The notes under the pieces were generated by a model. It made no database searches, was not told where the DNA came from, and worked only from the letters and a program-made list of their open reading frames with translations. Of a stretch of 64,000 nucleotides of DNA, positions 1 to 9,795 are shown in pieces. The DNA lies in the sequence record NC_041911.1. One strand, written 5' to 3'. The position numbers and the translations under genes were made by a program. Within the stretch, counting starts at the first letter, position 1, and every line of letters begins with the position of its first letter.

Positions 1-99
1 CGGCTTCAGCAACGAAGTCAGGCCTGGAGTGTGCAGGGGATTTTTCTTTTCTTCCGGCATAACGGGAGCTGCACCGGGAGTAGTTTGTTGTTCGCTCAT
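1..99 (-). CDS. 5' end of a gene truncated by the window edge (MSEQQTTPGAAPVMPEEKK...); prohead protease is possible by synteny but unverified
   Basis: ATG at 99-97 overlaps the TGA of the GIY-YIG ORF (ATGA); open frame to base 1. Confidence 0.45.
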   Translation of the reverse strand, partial: MSEQQTTPGAAPVMPEEKKNPLHTPGLTSLLKP

Positions 100-953
100 G
101 ATTGGATATATTTCCAGTCTAGGTTTTTGGTGCTCGCAATTCTTCCTAGAGCACCTTGTTTAGTAATACCGTGGGCTTTCGCAGCAGCAGTCAAAGACGG
201 ATAAACAACCCCGTTAACTTCGACCTGTTTTCGAACTGCAATATTCTCACGACCAATGCGCGCTTGCCGCTGGCGTTCACGATATTCGGGGTCTTGCCAC
301 TTCTCAGAGATCTTCTGACTGTTCTGTGCACAGAACTCCTCGCTACGCTTCTGACCTTTGGTAGAAGATCCTCCATCGCGTTCATAACGGGCACGCTGAC
401 CAACGCTCAAACTTTCTCGATGAGCTGCCCTTGCTTCATCAGACATAGCTGTTTTACCAGCGTTTTGCGCCGTTACAGTTCTCTCACGATATTCCGGATC
501 TTGCCATCTGGCCTTAGCTGCTTGAGACGCTTGTTCTCGTTTGACCGGATCTTGCCATTGGATTGCGGCAGCCTGACGATTCTTTTCGATGGTCTCATCG
601 CTGACTTTGATACCAGTCCGCGGAGCTTCAACGTCCTTTGCAAGATTGAGTAGCAAGGGATTACCCCAGTTTTCATGGATGTCAGTCTGTTCGATTACCA
701 AAGCTGTTTCACGAGCTTCCGCGACGGTATTGCCTTCGACAGGAACAGCTATGAAATCAAAATTCGGATCTCGATTGAAAGCTTGCTGCAGCTTATGGTT
801 CCAGTGTTGATTTCCTTCAAGAAGTCGCGAATGGACTTTGAGACGATCTCCCAAAACACCACTCCCGAAGTAGGTTTCATCGGTGCTTCGATTATGGATC
901 ATGTAAACACCGATTTTCTTTTTATCATCAGGACATAGATTTGATTTCACCAC
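96..953 (-). mobile_element. Free-standing GIY-YIG homing endonuclease with NUMOD3-like linker and C-terminal HTH
   Basis: GVYMIHN...YFGSG GIY-YIG motif; G(I/Q)K(V/R)S(D/E)E NUMOD3-like segments; C-terminal YPSLTAAAKAHGI HTH; GGAG RBS before GTG. Confidence 0.85.
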
Positions 954-1008
954 TGGCTCCTTGTGTAAAATACTTCTCTACACTATGGAGCCAGGTTATT
1001 GGTGAAAT
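944..1008 (-). promoter_or_regulatory. Stem-loop that sequesters the RBS and start codon of the GIY-YIG gene
   Basis: 944-952 pairs with 1000-1008, 953-960 with 987-994, 963-967 with 979-983; the GGAG and GTG lie in the stem. Confidence 0.6.
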
Positions 1009-1017
1009 GCATAAATG

Positions 1018-1692
1018 TCAGATGCCGGAATTCGAAATGTGCATGGCCGTCAGTAGCGTCGAGAGCGACTGGACAGCCTTGACCTTCGTACCGAGAGCGC
1101 CCACTGCGTTGAGTGAGACACCGCCGGTATTAGCGATCATGTTGTTCATGGCGTTGAACCCTTGCAGGTCACCACCGCGGAATTTGAAGAACTCGGCGAT
1201 CGTTTCGTCGAAACCACCCAGTGCTGCCAGAATCTGCAGCTCGGGCCAAGAGATCTTCGAGCCCTTGGACTTACCAGTCGGCTGACCAGTAAAGGTGTCA
1301 ATGGAACGGTTGTCTTCAGGAATCGAGATCTTCTTGATCAGGAACTGCGCTTGTCGCTTGAGCGGCAGATCCACGATCAGGTACTTGTCGTTGGACAGGT
1401 AAGCCGGAGAACCGTTCTGCGGGTCCATCCAGATGGATTCGAAGAAGTTGTGTCCCCACTTCTCAGCCACGTCGAGGTTGCGCTCTACGTCCAGCGTAAT
1501 GGAGCCCAGTTCCGGAACAATCAGCGCCAGCTGGCGCGCACCGGATTCCAGATCCAAGATCCATTGGTCAAACTCTTTGTCAGGCATCCCTTTAAAGATG
1601 TCCTGATAAATCTTGGTGTTTTCACTGCCGGGGAGAATGGCTTCGATACAGCTGATCAGCTCAGTCTCCGCGGCTTTACGGTTGCCGTGCAT
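1018..1692 (-). CDS. rpoB: Virion RNA polymerase beta C-terminal subunit (phiKZ gp176-like)
   Basis: RQAQFLIKKIS...IDTFTGQPTGKSKGSKISWPELQILAALG aligns by eye to the beta C-terminal [24 protein letters not shown] region; 224-aa split subunit typical of phiKZ-like phages. Confidence 0.75.
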   Translation of the reverse strand: MHGNRKAAETELISCIEAILPGSENTKIYQDIFKGMPDKEFDQWILDLESGARQLALIVPELGSITLDVERNLDVAEKWGHNFFESIWMDPQNGSPAYLSNDKYLIVDLPLKRQAQFLIKKISIPEDNRSIDTFTGQPTGKSKGSKISWPELQILAALGGFDETIAEFFKFRGGDLQGFNAMNNMIANTGGVSLNAVGALGTKVKAVQSLSTLLTAMHISNSGI

Positions 1693-1710
1693 GTCTTTTC
1701 CCTAATCGAA

Positions 1711-2220
1711 CTATTGACGAGCCGCGAATTTCTTCTCACGCTTTCGGCGTTGGTAATCGATCCACCACTCGTCTGGTTTAACTGACACAAGAAAGACGTT
1801 GTTAATACCCATCTTTATCGTGTTGTCGATCATCTCCTTGGTGCCTTTGGATTCTCCATCCCAAAACACCAACAAGTGCGTGAGAACATTACGCATCTCA
1901 GCATTGCGGATGTGTCCGGCAGCTTTACCAAGTTCATCCCAGTTAGCCGGGAACTTGAAGCATGGCTCACCGTTCTCTTCCGCCCAATCGACGATCATAC
2001 GATCGGGGCCTCTCCAAGCATCGCCAGAAATAAAGGCATAAGGCTTATCTCGACCGGCCCAAGCAATGTAAGCCCGCACAGCAAGGTCGAACACTATTGG
2101 GTCGTGCCAAGACCTGCTCCCAGCGACACAGATGCGAACCGGATAGTCAGAAAGTTCTTTCATGAGGTTGTCAGGTTCAATTTTTACATATAAAAGACCA
2201 GTACGGTAATTTCCCGACAT
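1711..2220 (-). CDS. SLOG-family (DUF2493/YspA-like) protein
   Basis: VAGSR, ISGDAxGPD, PANW..LGKAAGHIRNAEM, VFWDGESKGTKEMI motifs. Confidence 0.8.
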   Translation of the reverse strand: MSGNYRTGLLYVKIEPDNLMKELSDYPVRICVAGSRSWHDPIVFDLAVRAYIAWAGRDKPYAFISGDAWRGPDRMIVDWAEENGEPCFKFPANWDELGKAAGHIRNAEMRNVLTHLLVFWDGESKGTKEMIDNTIKMGINNVFLVSVKPDEWWIDYQRRKREKKFAARQ

Positions 2221-2224
2221 AAAA

Positions 2225-2254
2225 GAGAGTAGAGGCCAGACGGCCTCTACTCTC
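2225..2254. terminator. Intrinsic terminator-like hairpin (CATAA/TATG-flanked family)
   Basis: 13-bp perfect stem GAGAGTAGAGGCC/GGCCTCTACTCTC between genes. Confidence 0.75.
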
Positions 2255-2271
2255 GCTATGCCGTAACTTGA

Positions 2272-3045
2272 TTAAGCAGCTTTCGCGTACTTGCGACGAT
2301 AGGCCTTAACGACCTCACGCACCAGCGGATCACGGGTGATTTCGCTTTCGTCAAACTCGTGGAACGATGCAACATGCGAGTTTCGGAAAAGCTCTACTGC
2401 CTCATCGAGCCCGTTCTCCTTGTGTTTGGGCAGGTCGGATTGATCCGCGTCACCGTTAATGATTAGACGACTGCCCTGACCAGCCCGAGTCAGGAACATC
2501 TTCATCTGACCAGGCGTGGTGTTCTGCGCTTCATCCAAGATGACGATAGCGTTGCGGAAAGTCGAGCCACGCATTCTCATCAGCGGCTTGGCAACGATCA
2601 AACCACGCTCACGGTACGATTTGACCTTTTGCTTGCCAAGCTTGCCCTCCAGTACCTCGATGAACGGAGAGATCCAGGCTTCAAACTTCTCCTCCTCGGT
2701 GCCAGGCAAGAACCCCATATCTTCATCACAGCCAACCATCGGTCGGGTGATGATAATGCGTTCGATTTCTCCCTTGAGCAGCTGCTCAGCTGCATAGCTG
2801 GTCGGCACAAAGGTTTTGCCAGTGCCGGCTGGGCCAATCAAGAACAGCAGACGAATGGCTTCATTGTCCAGATTGTCAATGATGCGCTGCTGTTTGGGAT
2901 TTCGTGCAGTTAGCGGACCAAAAATCGGTTTGTTCGAACGATATTCTTCTCGTGCCTCAGCATCCAGCTGTGCGTCGTGCAGGAATCGTTGATCAGCGGC
3001 TTGGCGAGCACGCTTGGATTTGGTCTTAACGTTGGTATCACGCAT
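2272..3045 (-). CDS. phoH: PhoH-family ATPase
   Basis: GPAGTGKT Walker A, ITRP, GFLPG, MRGSTF, ILDEAQN, GDxxQxD, RDPLV. Confidence 0.95.
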   Translation of the reverse strand: MRDTNVKTKSKRARQAADQRFLHDAQLDAEAREEYRSNKPIFGPLTARNPKQQRIIDNLDNEAIRLLFLIGPAGTGKTFVPTSYAAEQLLKGEIERIIITRPMVGCDEDMGFLPGTEEEKFEAWISPFIEVLEGKLGKQKVKSYRERGLIVAKPLMRMRGSTFRNAIVILDEAQNTTPGQMKMFLTRAGQGSRLIINGDADQSDLPKHKENGLDEAVELFRNSHVASFHEFDESEITRDPLVREVVKAYRRKYAKAA

Positions 3046-3132
3046 GAGAGAACCCGCTTCTTAGAAGTTAGAAGAAAGTGGCTACTGCCGAGTTGGAATT
3101 ATTCCTTACTCACAAGATGATTGCGGCATAAA

Positions 3133-3154
3133 AGCGAGGGGTTTCCCCCTCGCT
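3133..3154. terminator. Terminator-like hairpin
   Basis: AGCGAGGGG/CCCCTCGCT stem preceded by GGCATAAA. Confidence 0.65.
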
Positions 3155-3189
3155 AATATCCTATTAAAAAGGATTAAACCGAAGTGCTG

Positions 3190-4041
3190 TTAAGCATCCG
3201 GTTCGGTCGAAGAAGGACGGGCGTCCTGCTCTTCTTCCGGAACGAAGTTGTGGTCGTGCTCGGCAACGCCGGGTTCGAACTTCTCCGGTACGGCAGGGAT
3301 ATCGCCCCACAGATCCATCAGCTTGAGCGGGTAGGACACATTGGGTTCGGAGACGAACTGCCATTCGAGGCAGGACGCGCCGTTGCGATGCACTTTCATG
3401 AAAGTGCGCTGGCCGATGGTGATGTCGTTGACAGTGCTATCTTTGGAGAAAGCACGCAGCTGATTCTTCTCGTCTTCCGACAGACTCAGCGTGCCATCGA
3501 ATTCCTTGAGCACCGGGCCGCTGGCCGGGATCGGAGCATCCGGCGGCAGTTCGGCCCATGGCTGAGTACCTTCAGCCGGAGCAAAGCCAGCCGAGCTATC
3601 CGGGCCTTCCGAAGCAACGCGTTTGCCCTTCTTGTCGAACTGGTTCATCAGCCAAGGCACCACGCCTTGGTCGACCAGCGCAGTCCACTGGACGCTGGTG
3701 ATGCCGTCAGCCAGCAGCATGCGCGGCGAGATGTTCTCGCGATCCGGCACTTCAGCCAGATACAGGCGCAGAGCACGGTTGGCGAAGAAGATGCGGTCCT
3801 TCTCGTCTTCAGCCGTTTCGGCGCGCGGGTCGATACCCTTGAGCCAGCCAGTCGGATTGGTGTAGCCGGCGCTGGTCAGTGCGTTGGTCAGGTAGACGAC
3901 GGGGTTGAAGAGTTCCTTGGCTTCTTCCTCGGGCTCTTCAGAACCAGCGGTTGCTTCCGGCAGGGTTTCCTCGCGGAGATGGCCTTCGATGACGAGATCG
4001 CCGAGAATAGCAGGTTGTTCGGTAGGGTTCAGGTTTTCCAT
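3190..4041 (-). CDS. Hypothetical acidic protein
   Basis: 283-aa ORF with phage-like codon usage, same strand as neighbours. Confidence 0.7.
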   Translation of the reverse strand: MENLNPTEQPAILGDLVIEGHLREETLPEATAGSEEPEEEAKELFNPVVYLTNALTSAGYTNPTGWLKGIDPRAETAEDEKDRIFFANRALRLYLAEVPDRENISPRMLLADGITSVQWTALVDQGVVPWLMNQFDKKGKRVASEGPDSSAGFAPAEGTQPWAELPPDAPIPASGPVLKEFDGTLSLSEDEKNQLRAFSKDSTVNDITIGQRTFMKVHRNGASCLEWQFVSEPNVSYPLKLMDLWGDIPAVPEKFEPGVAEHDHNFVPEEEQDARPSSTEPDA

Positions 4042-4110
4042 GATGGTGTTTGAGTCGATGGTTGGTTGAGAGAGACGGGAGAGCCTAAGCCCTCCCGCTG
4101 TGATTACTTC

Positions 4111-5583
4111 TTATACCTTGGTCGGAGGCTTCGGCTGAGCCTTCGACAGGTCGATCTTGGCCTTCTGTTCAGCGGTGAACCAATACGGAATGTACTCGCC
4201 AGTGCGCATGCGCATGAAGTCGAAGGTCGACAGGAACGGAATGTCTTCGTGGATGCCCTCAGGAGCCCACCAGCCGCGAGTTTCCAGCAGCACCTTCCAG
4301 TCGTACCCCATAGCGATCAGATCGTCGTAGAGTTCCTTAGGAGTGCACAGATACTCGGGAGAGATGTCATGCCACAGATAGGTGATCTGCAACATCTCGG
4401 CGGCGAGGTTCAAGCCGCGCTGCAGTTCGGGGTGTGCGTCGATCTTGCGACGTACCGCGGTACGCGAAAGAGCGATGTCCGGACAGAACTCCAGATAGTA
4501 GTTCTGTACGTTGCCACCCAGTCCCCAGCGCTTTTCTTCTTTGATGAAGTGGAACTCGCTCAGCGATGGCAGCACACCTTCTTGCTGCGATACGATCAGG
4601 CGCACTGCCATGCCAGACGGACCAGACTTACTGCGCAGCTGACGCACCGTTACTTCGTTCAGGTCGGTGTCGCCAGTGAGGTCGTCGTCCTTGTCGCGCG
4701 GGTATTCCGGCGCCTTGGTGGTCTGGTTGCGCAGCGGCGCAGCGTTGTAGCAGTGCCAGCAGTTGTTCATCACGAACGTGAACTTCTCGGGTACACCCTT
4801 GAGCTTCACGCCACCCTGCAAGTGCTGCAGCTTCTTCGGTGGTGGATTGCGCGGGTCCATCGAGAATTCGTTACCGATGTGCGCGGTCATCATCACGTAA
4901 GTGTAGGAACCGCCCGACAAAGCCGGCACTTCCATCAGGAAGCGGTTCTTTTGCAGCCCCTGACGCATGGAAACGGTGTTCGCACCGGATTCACCGAGAG
5001 AGTTCTCGTCCTGCATCTTGATCACGTCTTGCGTGACGAATTCCGACATCGAGTCGACTTCGATCAGAGTCGGCTGGATGATCTTCAGTGGATTACCATT
5101 GCGATCAAGGAACGGAGACTGGATGGAATATTTGCTCTTGTCCTTGATCTTCATGTTCATGAAGTCTTTAACGGTGTCGTACCACTGGTCGCCGTGATAC
5201 ACCGTTTTATCAGTGATCTGCCAGCGACCGGATTCGATCACGTCCTCACCCTTGAACAGCGGGTTGGACGTAGCCATCCGTTGCAAGTGCCACTCGTGGA
5301 TGTTGATCTCGGTGTCATACGTCGACATCCCCGACATCGGACCCATGCGCGCCATGGTCGTCAGACCAAAGTAGTGCATCACAGTGGACTTGAAGTTGTT
5401 GCCGATGCCCACAACGCCAGTCAGGAAGCCCAGACCGCCGTTGAGAATCATCTCCCCGTGCTTGCCCTTCAGGTATTTACCCGTCGGAATGTCCATGAGG
5501 GCGCCAATGTTGATCATGACTTTCACATTTGGCGCTTGTGTGAGGCCCGGCATCAGTGGGGCCGAAGTTTGAGGTGTTGTCAT
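4111..5583 (-). CDS. uvsX: UvsX/RecA-like recombinase (phiKZ gp152-like)
   Basis: GFLTGVVGIGNNFKST variant Walker A, YDTE, IEVDSMS Walker B; start reassigned to MTTPQ. Confidence 0.8.
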   Translation of the reverse strand: MTTPQTSAPLMPGLTQAPNVKVMINIGALMDIPTGKYLKGKHGEMILNGGLGFLTGVVGIGNNFKSTVMHYFGLTTMARMGPMSGMSTYDTEINIHEWHLQRMATSNPLFKGEDVIESGRWQITDKTVYHGDQWYDTVKDFMNMKIKDKSKYSIQSPFLDRNGNPLKIIQPTLIEVDSMSEFVTQDVIKMQDENSLGESGANTVSMRQGLQKNRFLMEVPALSGGSYTYVMMTAHIGNEFSMDPRNPPPKKLQHLQGGVKLKGVPEKFTFVMNNCWHCYNAAPLRNQTTKAPEYPRDKDDDLTGDTDLNEVTVRQLRSKSGPSGMAVRLIVSQQEGVLPSLSEFHFIKEEKRWGLGGNVQNYYLEFCPDIALSRTAVRRKIDAHPELQRGLNLAAEMLQITYLWHDISPEYLCTPKELYDDLIAMGYDWKVLLETRGWWAPEGIHEDIPFLSTFDFMRMRTGEYIPYWFTAEQKAKIDLSKAQPKPPTKV

Positions 5584-5771
5584 TTTGATGATGGGAAACC
5601 GTTGGTGAATTCGGATGGGAGAAATTGGGGAAATTTCCCCGGTCATTAGATTTAGACGACAGTATTTTGTGACAAAATCACGCCCCCTGGGCAATATGAT
5701 TTGACACCAAACGTGTGCTTCACGCTTCCTTTGTAGCGAGAGCACCTCTTTCTCTTATTAACAGGAAAATC

Positions 5772-6620
5772 ATGAAAGCACTCCACTTGGAAGAACCCAC
5801 AGGAATGGCGGCGCTGGAAGCGCTGGATTCCACTGCGGCTCTTGAAGCCTTCTCGCTGCGTGCGGTAGCCAACCGTGCAGCTGACATCATCCCCAACCTC
5901 TCCCATGCCTTCAACGAAGTGCTTTCCTCGTACAAGGGCGACAAGTACGACTTGCGCCCGCTGTCGGTGAACAAAGTCGTGCTGGATAAGGCACTGGACG
6001 GTGCCAACTATCTGGAAGTCGGCAAGCTCAATGTGTTCGTGCCGCAAGGCTTCATCGGCAACTTCAAACAGTACCTGGGTGTGCTCGATCAAGCGCTGAA
6101 CTTCACCAACAGCATCCAAGCCCGGATGGTTGAGTTCAATCAGCTGGTTTCGGCTATGATCACCGACAAGAACACCCGTCAATCGACGAAGGATCTGTCG
6201 ACCGCGACTTCCAGCATGGAGCGTCAGCGCGAGGCAGTACGCGAGCAACTCGATGGCTTCCAACTCGGCGGTAGCCGTTCGGATCGCGCCCTGTTGCAAA
6301 ACACCTTCAGCTCGCTCAACGAGATCAAGGAATGCGTGTTCTTGGCTGCCGACCTGCTGAGCCGCGCTAACCAAGTCACGCTGAACGAAGTCGAAGTGAT
6401 GACCCGTGATGCCGCTGAACTGCTCAAGGCCCTGGGTGAACAAGCGATGGAAGGCAAGGTCGAAGGCATGTCACCGGAAGCCTACAAGAACCTGTCGTCT
6501 GCTACGCTGACCATGGCTCGTGACGTGGAATTGCACGCGCTGCTGATGTACGCCGTGTACCAAGTCAAGAAGTCGGTGGAACACACTTCCGACGCGCTGA
6601 TCCAAGCCCTGCGTTACTGA
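5772..6620 (+). CDS. Probable virion head protein with cleavable propeptide
   Basis: AGGA RBS; ALE motifs at aa 14-16 and 23-25 match the phiKZ-type prohead protease site (S/A/G)xE. Confidence 0.55.
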   Translation: MKALHLEEPTGMAALEALDSTAALEAFSLRAVANRAADIIPNLSHAFNEVLSSYKGDKYDLRPLSVNKVVLDKALDGANYLEVGKLNVFVPQGFIGNFKQYLGVLDQALNFTNSIQARMVEFNQLVSAMITDKNTRQSTKDLSTATSSMERQREAVREQLDGFQLGGSRSDRALLQNTFSSLNEIKECVFLAADLLSRANQVTLNEVEVMTRDAAELLKALGEQAMEGKVEGMSPEAYKNLSSATLTMARDVELHALLMYAVYQVKKSVEHTSDALIQALRY

Positions 6621-6641
6621 TCGATAAAACGACAGCATAAG

Positions 6642-6674
6642 ACCCCGTACTGGCCTTGTGAGCCAGTACGGGGT
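6642..6674. terminator. Bidirectional terminator between convergent genes
   Basis: 13-bp stem ACCCCGTACTGGC/GCCAGTACGGGGT flanked by GCATAA and TTATG. Confidence 0.8.
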
Positions 6675-6701
6675 TTATGACGGTGCAGAAGAGGTATCTC
6701 C

Positions 6702-7106
6702 TTACGCCGCCGCCGGATGGTGGATGGCCAGCAGCGTTTTGAAGTCTTTGAGCATGAAGGCATCGGATGCATAGCGCAACCAAGACGGGATGTTGCGCAC
6801 GAATTCGGCAGCGGCTTCGTCTTCCTTCTGCTCACCACGGATCGCCGTTTTCGCCACTGCTGTGCACTCATCAAGATCGTTCGAGATGAATTTGCCAAGC
6901 TTAGCTGGGAGATCCAGAGCGCTGTTATCCTTGCACAGTGCAAAAGCACCATTCAAACGATCGCATTGCTCCTTGGTGAATTGCTGCGCTCCGCACATCT
7001 TGCCGTACAAGGTACTCCAGAGTACCAGACGTTTGGTGTGGGCGGGCAGCACGGTGGAAATTGCCTTCAGCGATTTGGTTACGCTTTGGACAAAAATGGG
7101 TGCCAT
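6702..7106 (-). CDS. Hypothetical protein
   Basis: 134-aa ORF ending at the convergent terminator. Confidence 0.65.
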   Translation of the reverse strand: MAPIFVQSVTKSLKAISTVLPAHTKRLVLWSTLYGKMCGAQQFTKEQCDRLNGAFALCKDNSALDLPAKLGKFISNDLDECTAVAKTAIRGEQKEDEAAAEFVRNIPSWLRYASDAFMLKDFKTLLAIHHPAAA

Positions 7107-7191
7107 GTTTAGTTCACTCCGTTAGGGGCGGCTCATTAGACCGCCCTCTTCTCGGTTTCAAGAATGGAGATAACACAGGCTCTGGTAGGGA

Positions 7192-8793
7192 TTACTTCGC
7201 CTTCGCTTTAGCGGATGGTTTCGCCGTAACGCGAATACTGGAATTCACCCCAGACCAAATCCCGACATCATCTCCGGCCTCAATCACGACCGCGTACATG
7301 AAAGAACCACCGCCCAAGTTGTTGGTCAGCAACCACATCTTGGGATGTTTGTCTTCCAAACGCCGCAACGCATTACGGTCAGGCAGGTCAATGCCGAGTC
7401 GCAGCGTGATATCACACGATTTAACTTCGCCATTGGATTCTTTCCACTGCGCTTGCGTTTTGTGCTTGGCGTAGCCGACGATGATTTCCGGCTTGAGTGA
7501 ACACACCGTTTTGGTACGCGGCTCCTCACCTTTCTTGACCTTTTCCGCGACTTCCTCGTAATTGAAGAACTCGCTAGTGATCTCGGTGGTTTGCAGCGTG
7601 GCCTGATCCGGCTTCTTGTAGTTATCCAAGAAGTCAGAAAGGATGTCCATGTTATCGAATACACGGTCAACCAAGAACGGTGGCATGCATTCGGTGGTAA
7701 CGAGCACCTTGCCGAATGTCTGGAGGTGGCGTTTGTGATCCACCACGCGATGCAGGAAGTCAGTCCCGTACAGGTCAAGGTAACGACCGGCAGCACCATA
7801 GATGTTGTCGAGGTCGAACTTGAACTTGTAGTCGACTTCACGCGGCAAAGACACCTGCTTGGCAATGACGTTTTCGAGGTAACGCTGTGGTTCAATGCGA
7901 ACCACGGAGAAACCATCGTCAGCCGTGCGTTTGCCGTCCAGATCCGAATCCTTACCTTGTGTGCTCATGTAGTATTCGGTCCGCTCGCCTTCGGCAGCAT
8001 CGATACCGAGATAGCCATAGCGCTGGCACATCATCGGATGACGCAGATCCGAGCGCGACGCCCAATAGTCCGTCGCTTCAGAGATACGGAAGCTGGTATC
8101 CAGTTTGGCTACATCTTTCGGATACTTCGACGTGATGCGTGCTGCTGTGGCCAGATCGTCAGCTGAGTTGTTACCGATGCAGGTGCCGTGGCCTTCCACC
8201 CATTCGAAGTGAACTCGGATACCGCGTTCACGAATAGCCTTACCGATACGATCAGCACGTTCCCACAGTTCCTTGTTCTTGACGGTGGTGCCGTCGCGAC
8301 GAACGAAGTTGTTGTTGAGCCAGTTGGCCAGATAGGTGTTGTGGCCGTCAACCACGTACCGGCTGTCCTGACGGATCACGATGATCGCGGTCTGATCAAA
8401 GTCCGGCTCGGTGATGATACGTTCCAGGCAATGGATGGCGCCCAGCAGTTCAGCGGTGTTGTTGGTGCCGCCGTATTCCAGCGGGATATAGCTATCGTAG
8501 TACCGTTCGATCGGTACGCGATGTTCGAAGTTGGGGGCATTGCCCGTGGTGCCGTCCAACCATTCCAGAAACGCTTCACGCGTCATTTCGTTGACTTCGT
8601 TCTTGAAGTCTTTGCTGGCGAACTCGAACGAATCGCCTTTGGAGATGTACCCGCGGAATGTGGCGGAGTGTGTATTGTGGCCGATGCCCTTAGCCGTCAG
8701 ACCGAGATTCCAGCGATAACCGTGCAAGCCAGCACCGCTGTATTCGTTCTGCGGATGACACCCGCCGTCGGGGTAAAAGACGTAACCGAACAT
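7192..8793 (-). CDS. rnhA: Ribonuclease HI with long C-terminal extension (phiKZ gp155-like)
   Basis: FYPDGGC, TNNTAEL, DSRYV, WVEGH..GNNSADDLA catalytic motifs; start at MFGYVF. Confidence 0.9.
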   Translation of the reverse strand: MFGYVFYPDGGCHPQNEYSGAGLHGYRWNLGLTAKGIGHNTHSATFRGYISKGDSFEFASKDFKNEVNEMTREAFLEWLDGTTGNAPNFEHRVPIERYYDSYIPLEYGGTNNTAELLGAIHCLERIITEPDFDQTAIIVIRQDSRYVVDGHNTYLANWLNNNFVRRDGTTVKNKELWERADRIGKAIRERGIRVHFEWVEGHGTCIGNNSADDLATAARITSKYPKDVAKLDTSFRISEATDYWASRSDLRHPMMCQRYGYLGIDAAEGERTEYYMSTQGKDSDLDGKRTADDGFSVVRIEPQRYLENVIAKQVSLPREVDYKFKFDLDNIYGAAGRYLDLYGTDFLHRVVDHKRHLQTFGKVLVTTECMPPFLVDRVFDNMDILSDFLDNYKKPDQATLQTTEITSEFFNYEEVAEKVKKGEEPRTKTVCSLKPEIIVGYAKHKTQAQWKESNGEVKSCDITLRLGIDLPDRNALRRLEDKHPKMWLLTNNLGGGSFMYAVVIEAGDDVGIWSGVNSSIRVTAKPSAKAKAK

Positions 8794-8881
8794 AATTAGT
8801 GTTTTTCTGCGATGTGTGAAAAGTGAGAAGACGATAGGTGGAAAACTCCTACACACTATCGCCTTCCGGGTAAATTCCCCA

Positions 8882-9298
8882 TCACTTAATCACACAACGC
8901 CTTACGTAGTCCGCATAGTGCTTTTTCTGCATGTCTGCGTACTCCTTAAGTTGTTGATGTAGCGCTTGGACATTCCGGAGCGCAATCGCATTGATCTCTT
9001 GAGCCGTAGGTGCTGCCTCCAACTCTTTCAGGTCAATGCGCTTGGGTTCAGGCACCGGCAGCGGAACGTACACACGGCATTCGGGACGAATGTGTGCTTT
9101 AACTTCCGGTTCCGATGGAGCTGTCGCCAATTTCACTTCTTTCTTTTCCTCGACACCCGCAACGCCTAAAAAGACGTCACGGGTGATCGTAGTCCTCGTA
9201 GCAAACCGCGGTTCGTACGTGGACGAATGGTAAGTGTTGACAGTGCATCCGGAAAGAAGGATGCCGAACAGGACCTGGCTGAAAGTGGTGCGAATCAT
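8882..9298 (-). CDS. Predicted lipoprotein (o-spanin-like candidate)
   Basis: Signal peptide with LSGC lipobox; Pro-rich CRVYVPLPVPEP; C-terminal helix with Cys. Confidence 0.55.
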   Translation of the reverse strand: MIRTTFSQVLFGILLSGCTVNTYHSSTYEPRFATRTTITRDVFLGVAGVEEKKEVKLATAPSEPEVKAHIRPECRVYVPLPVPEPKRIDLKELEAAPTAQEINAIALRNVQALHQQLKEYADMQKKHYADYVRRCVIK

Positions 9299-9720
9299 TT
9301 TCGAGGTTCTCCATAAAGGACGTTGAGTTCCCTCACAGTTTGCTCGTAGAGCACATCGCGTTCTGACATGCTCTGGCCAGGGCGGGGAATGGTAGGGAGT
9401 TCGTGCTTCTCAGTGGCTGCTGGCTGATGCGGCGCCTGATGCTCGTCGTGGCGCGGAGCCAGAGCCATCAGTTTCCCGATGACTTTGTAGTTGATGAACA
9501 ACGACAACATGAGGATAACCAGAACCATGAACAAGAAGCGACGAGATTGCTGCATCTTGTCTACGCACCAGCGTGCGACGTCGCTTACGAACTGCATTTT
9601 CTTATCTTGCTGTTTTCCCGAGGCGCCTTCTTTGGTAGCGTCTTGGTCTTTGATTTTATCGCCGACAAACATTTCTTTCAGAAAGGGCCACAGACTAACG
9701 AGTAGCTGGATGAAGGCCAT
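9295..9720 (-). CDS. Membrane protein
   Basis: Hydrophobic FLFMVLVILMLSLFI segment; ATGA overlap with the lipoprotein gene. Confidence 0.6.
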   Translation of the reverse strand: MAFIQLLVSLWPFLKEMFVGDKIKDQDATKEGASGKQQDKKMQFVSDVARWCVDKMQQSRRFLFMVLVILMLSLFINYKVIGKLMALAPRHDEHQAPHQPAATEKHELPTIPRPGQSMSERDVLYEQTVRELNVLYGEPRK

Positions 9721-9795
9721 GAAAGCTCCTTAATTCTGTGTGTATGGTCGGCTATACCGACCGGAGATACTCCCCTGTTAGTTACGTAATGGAGA

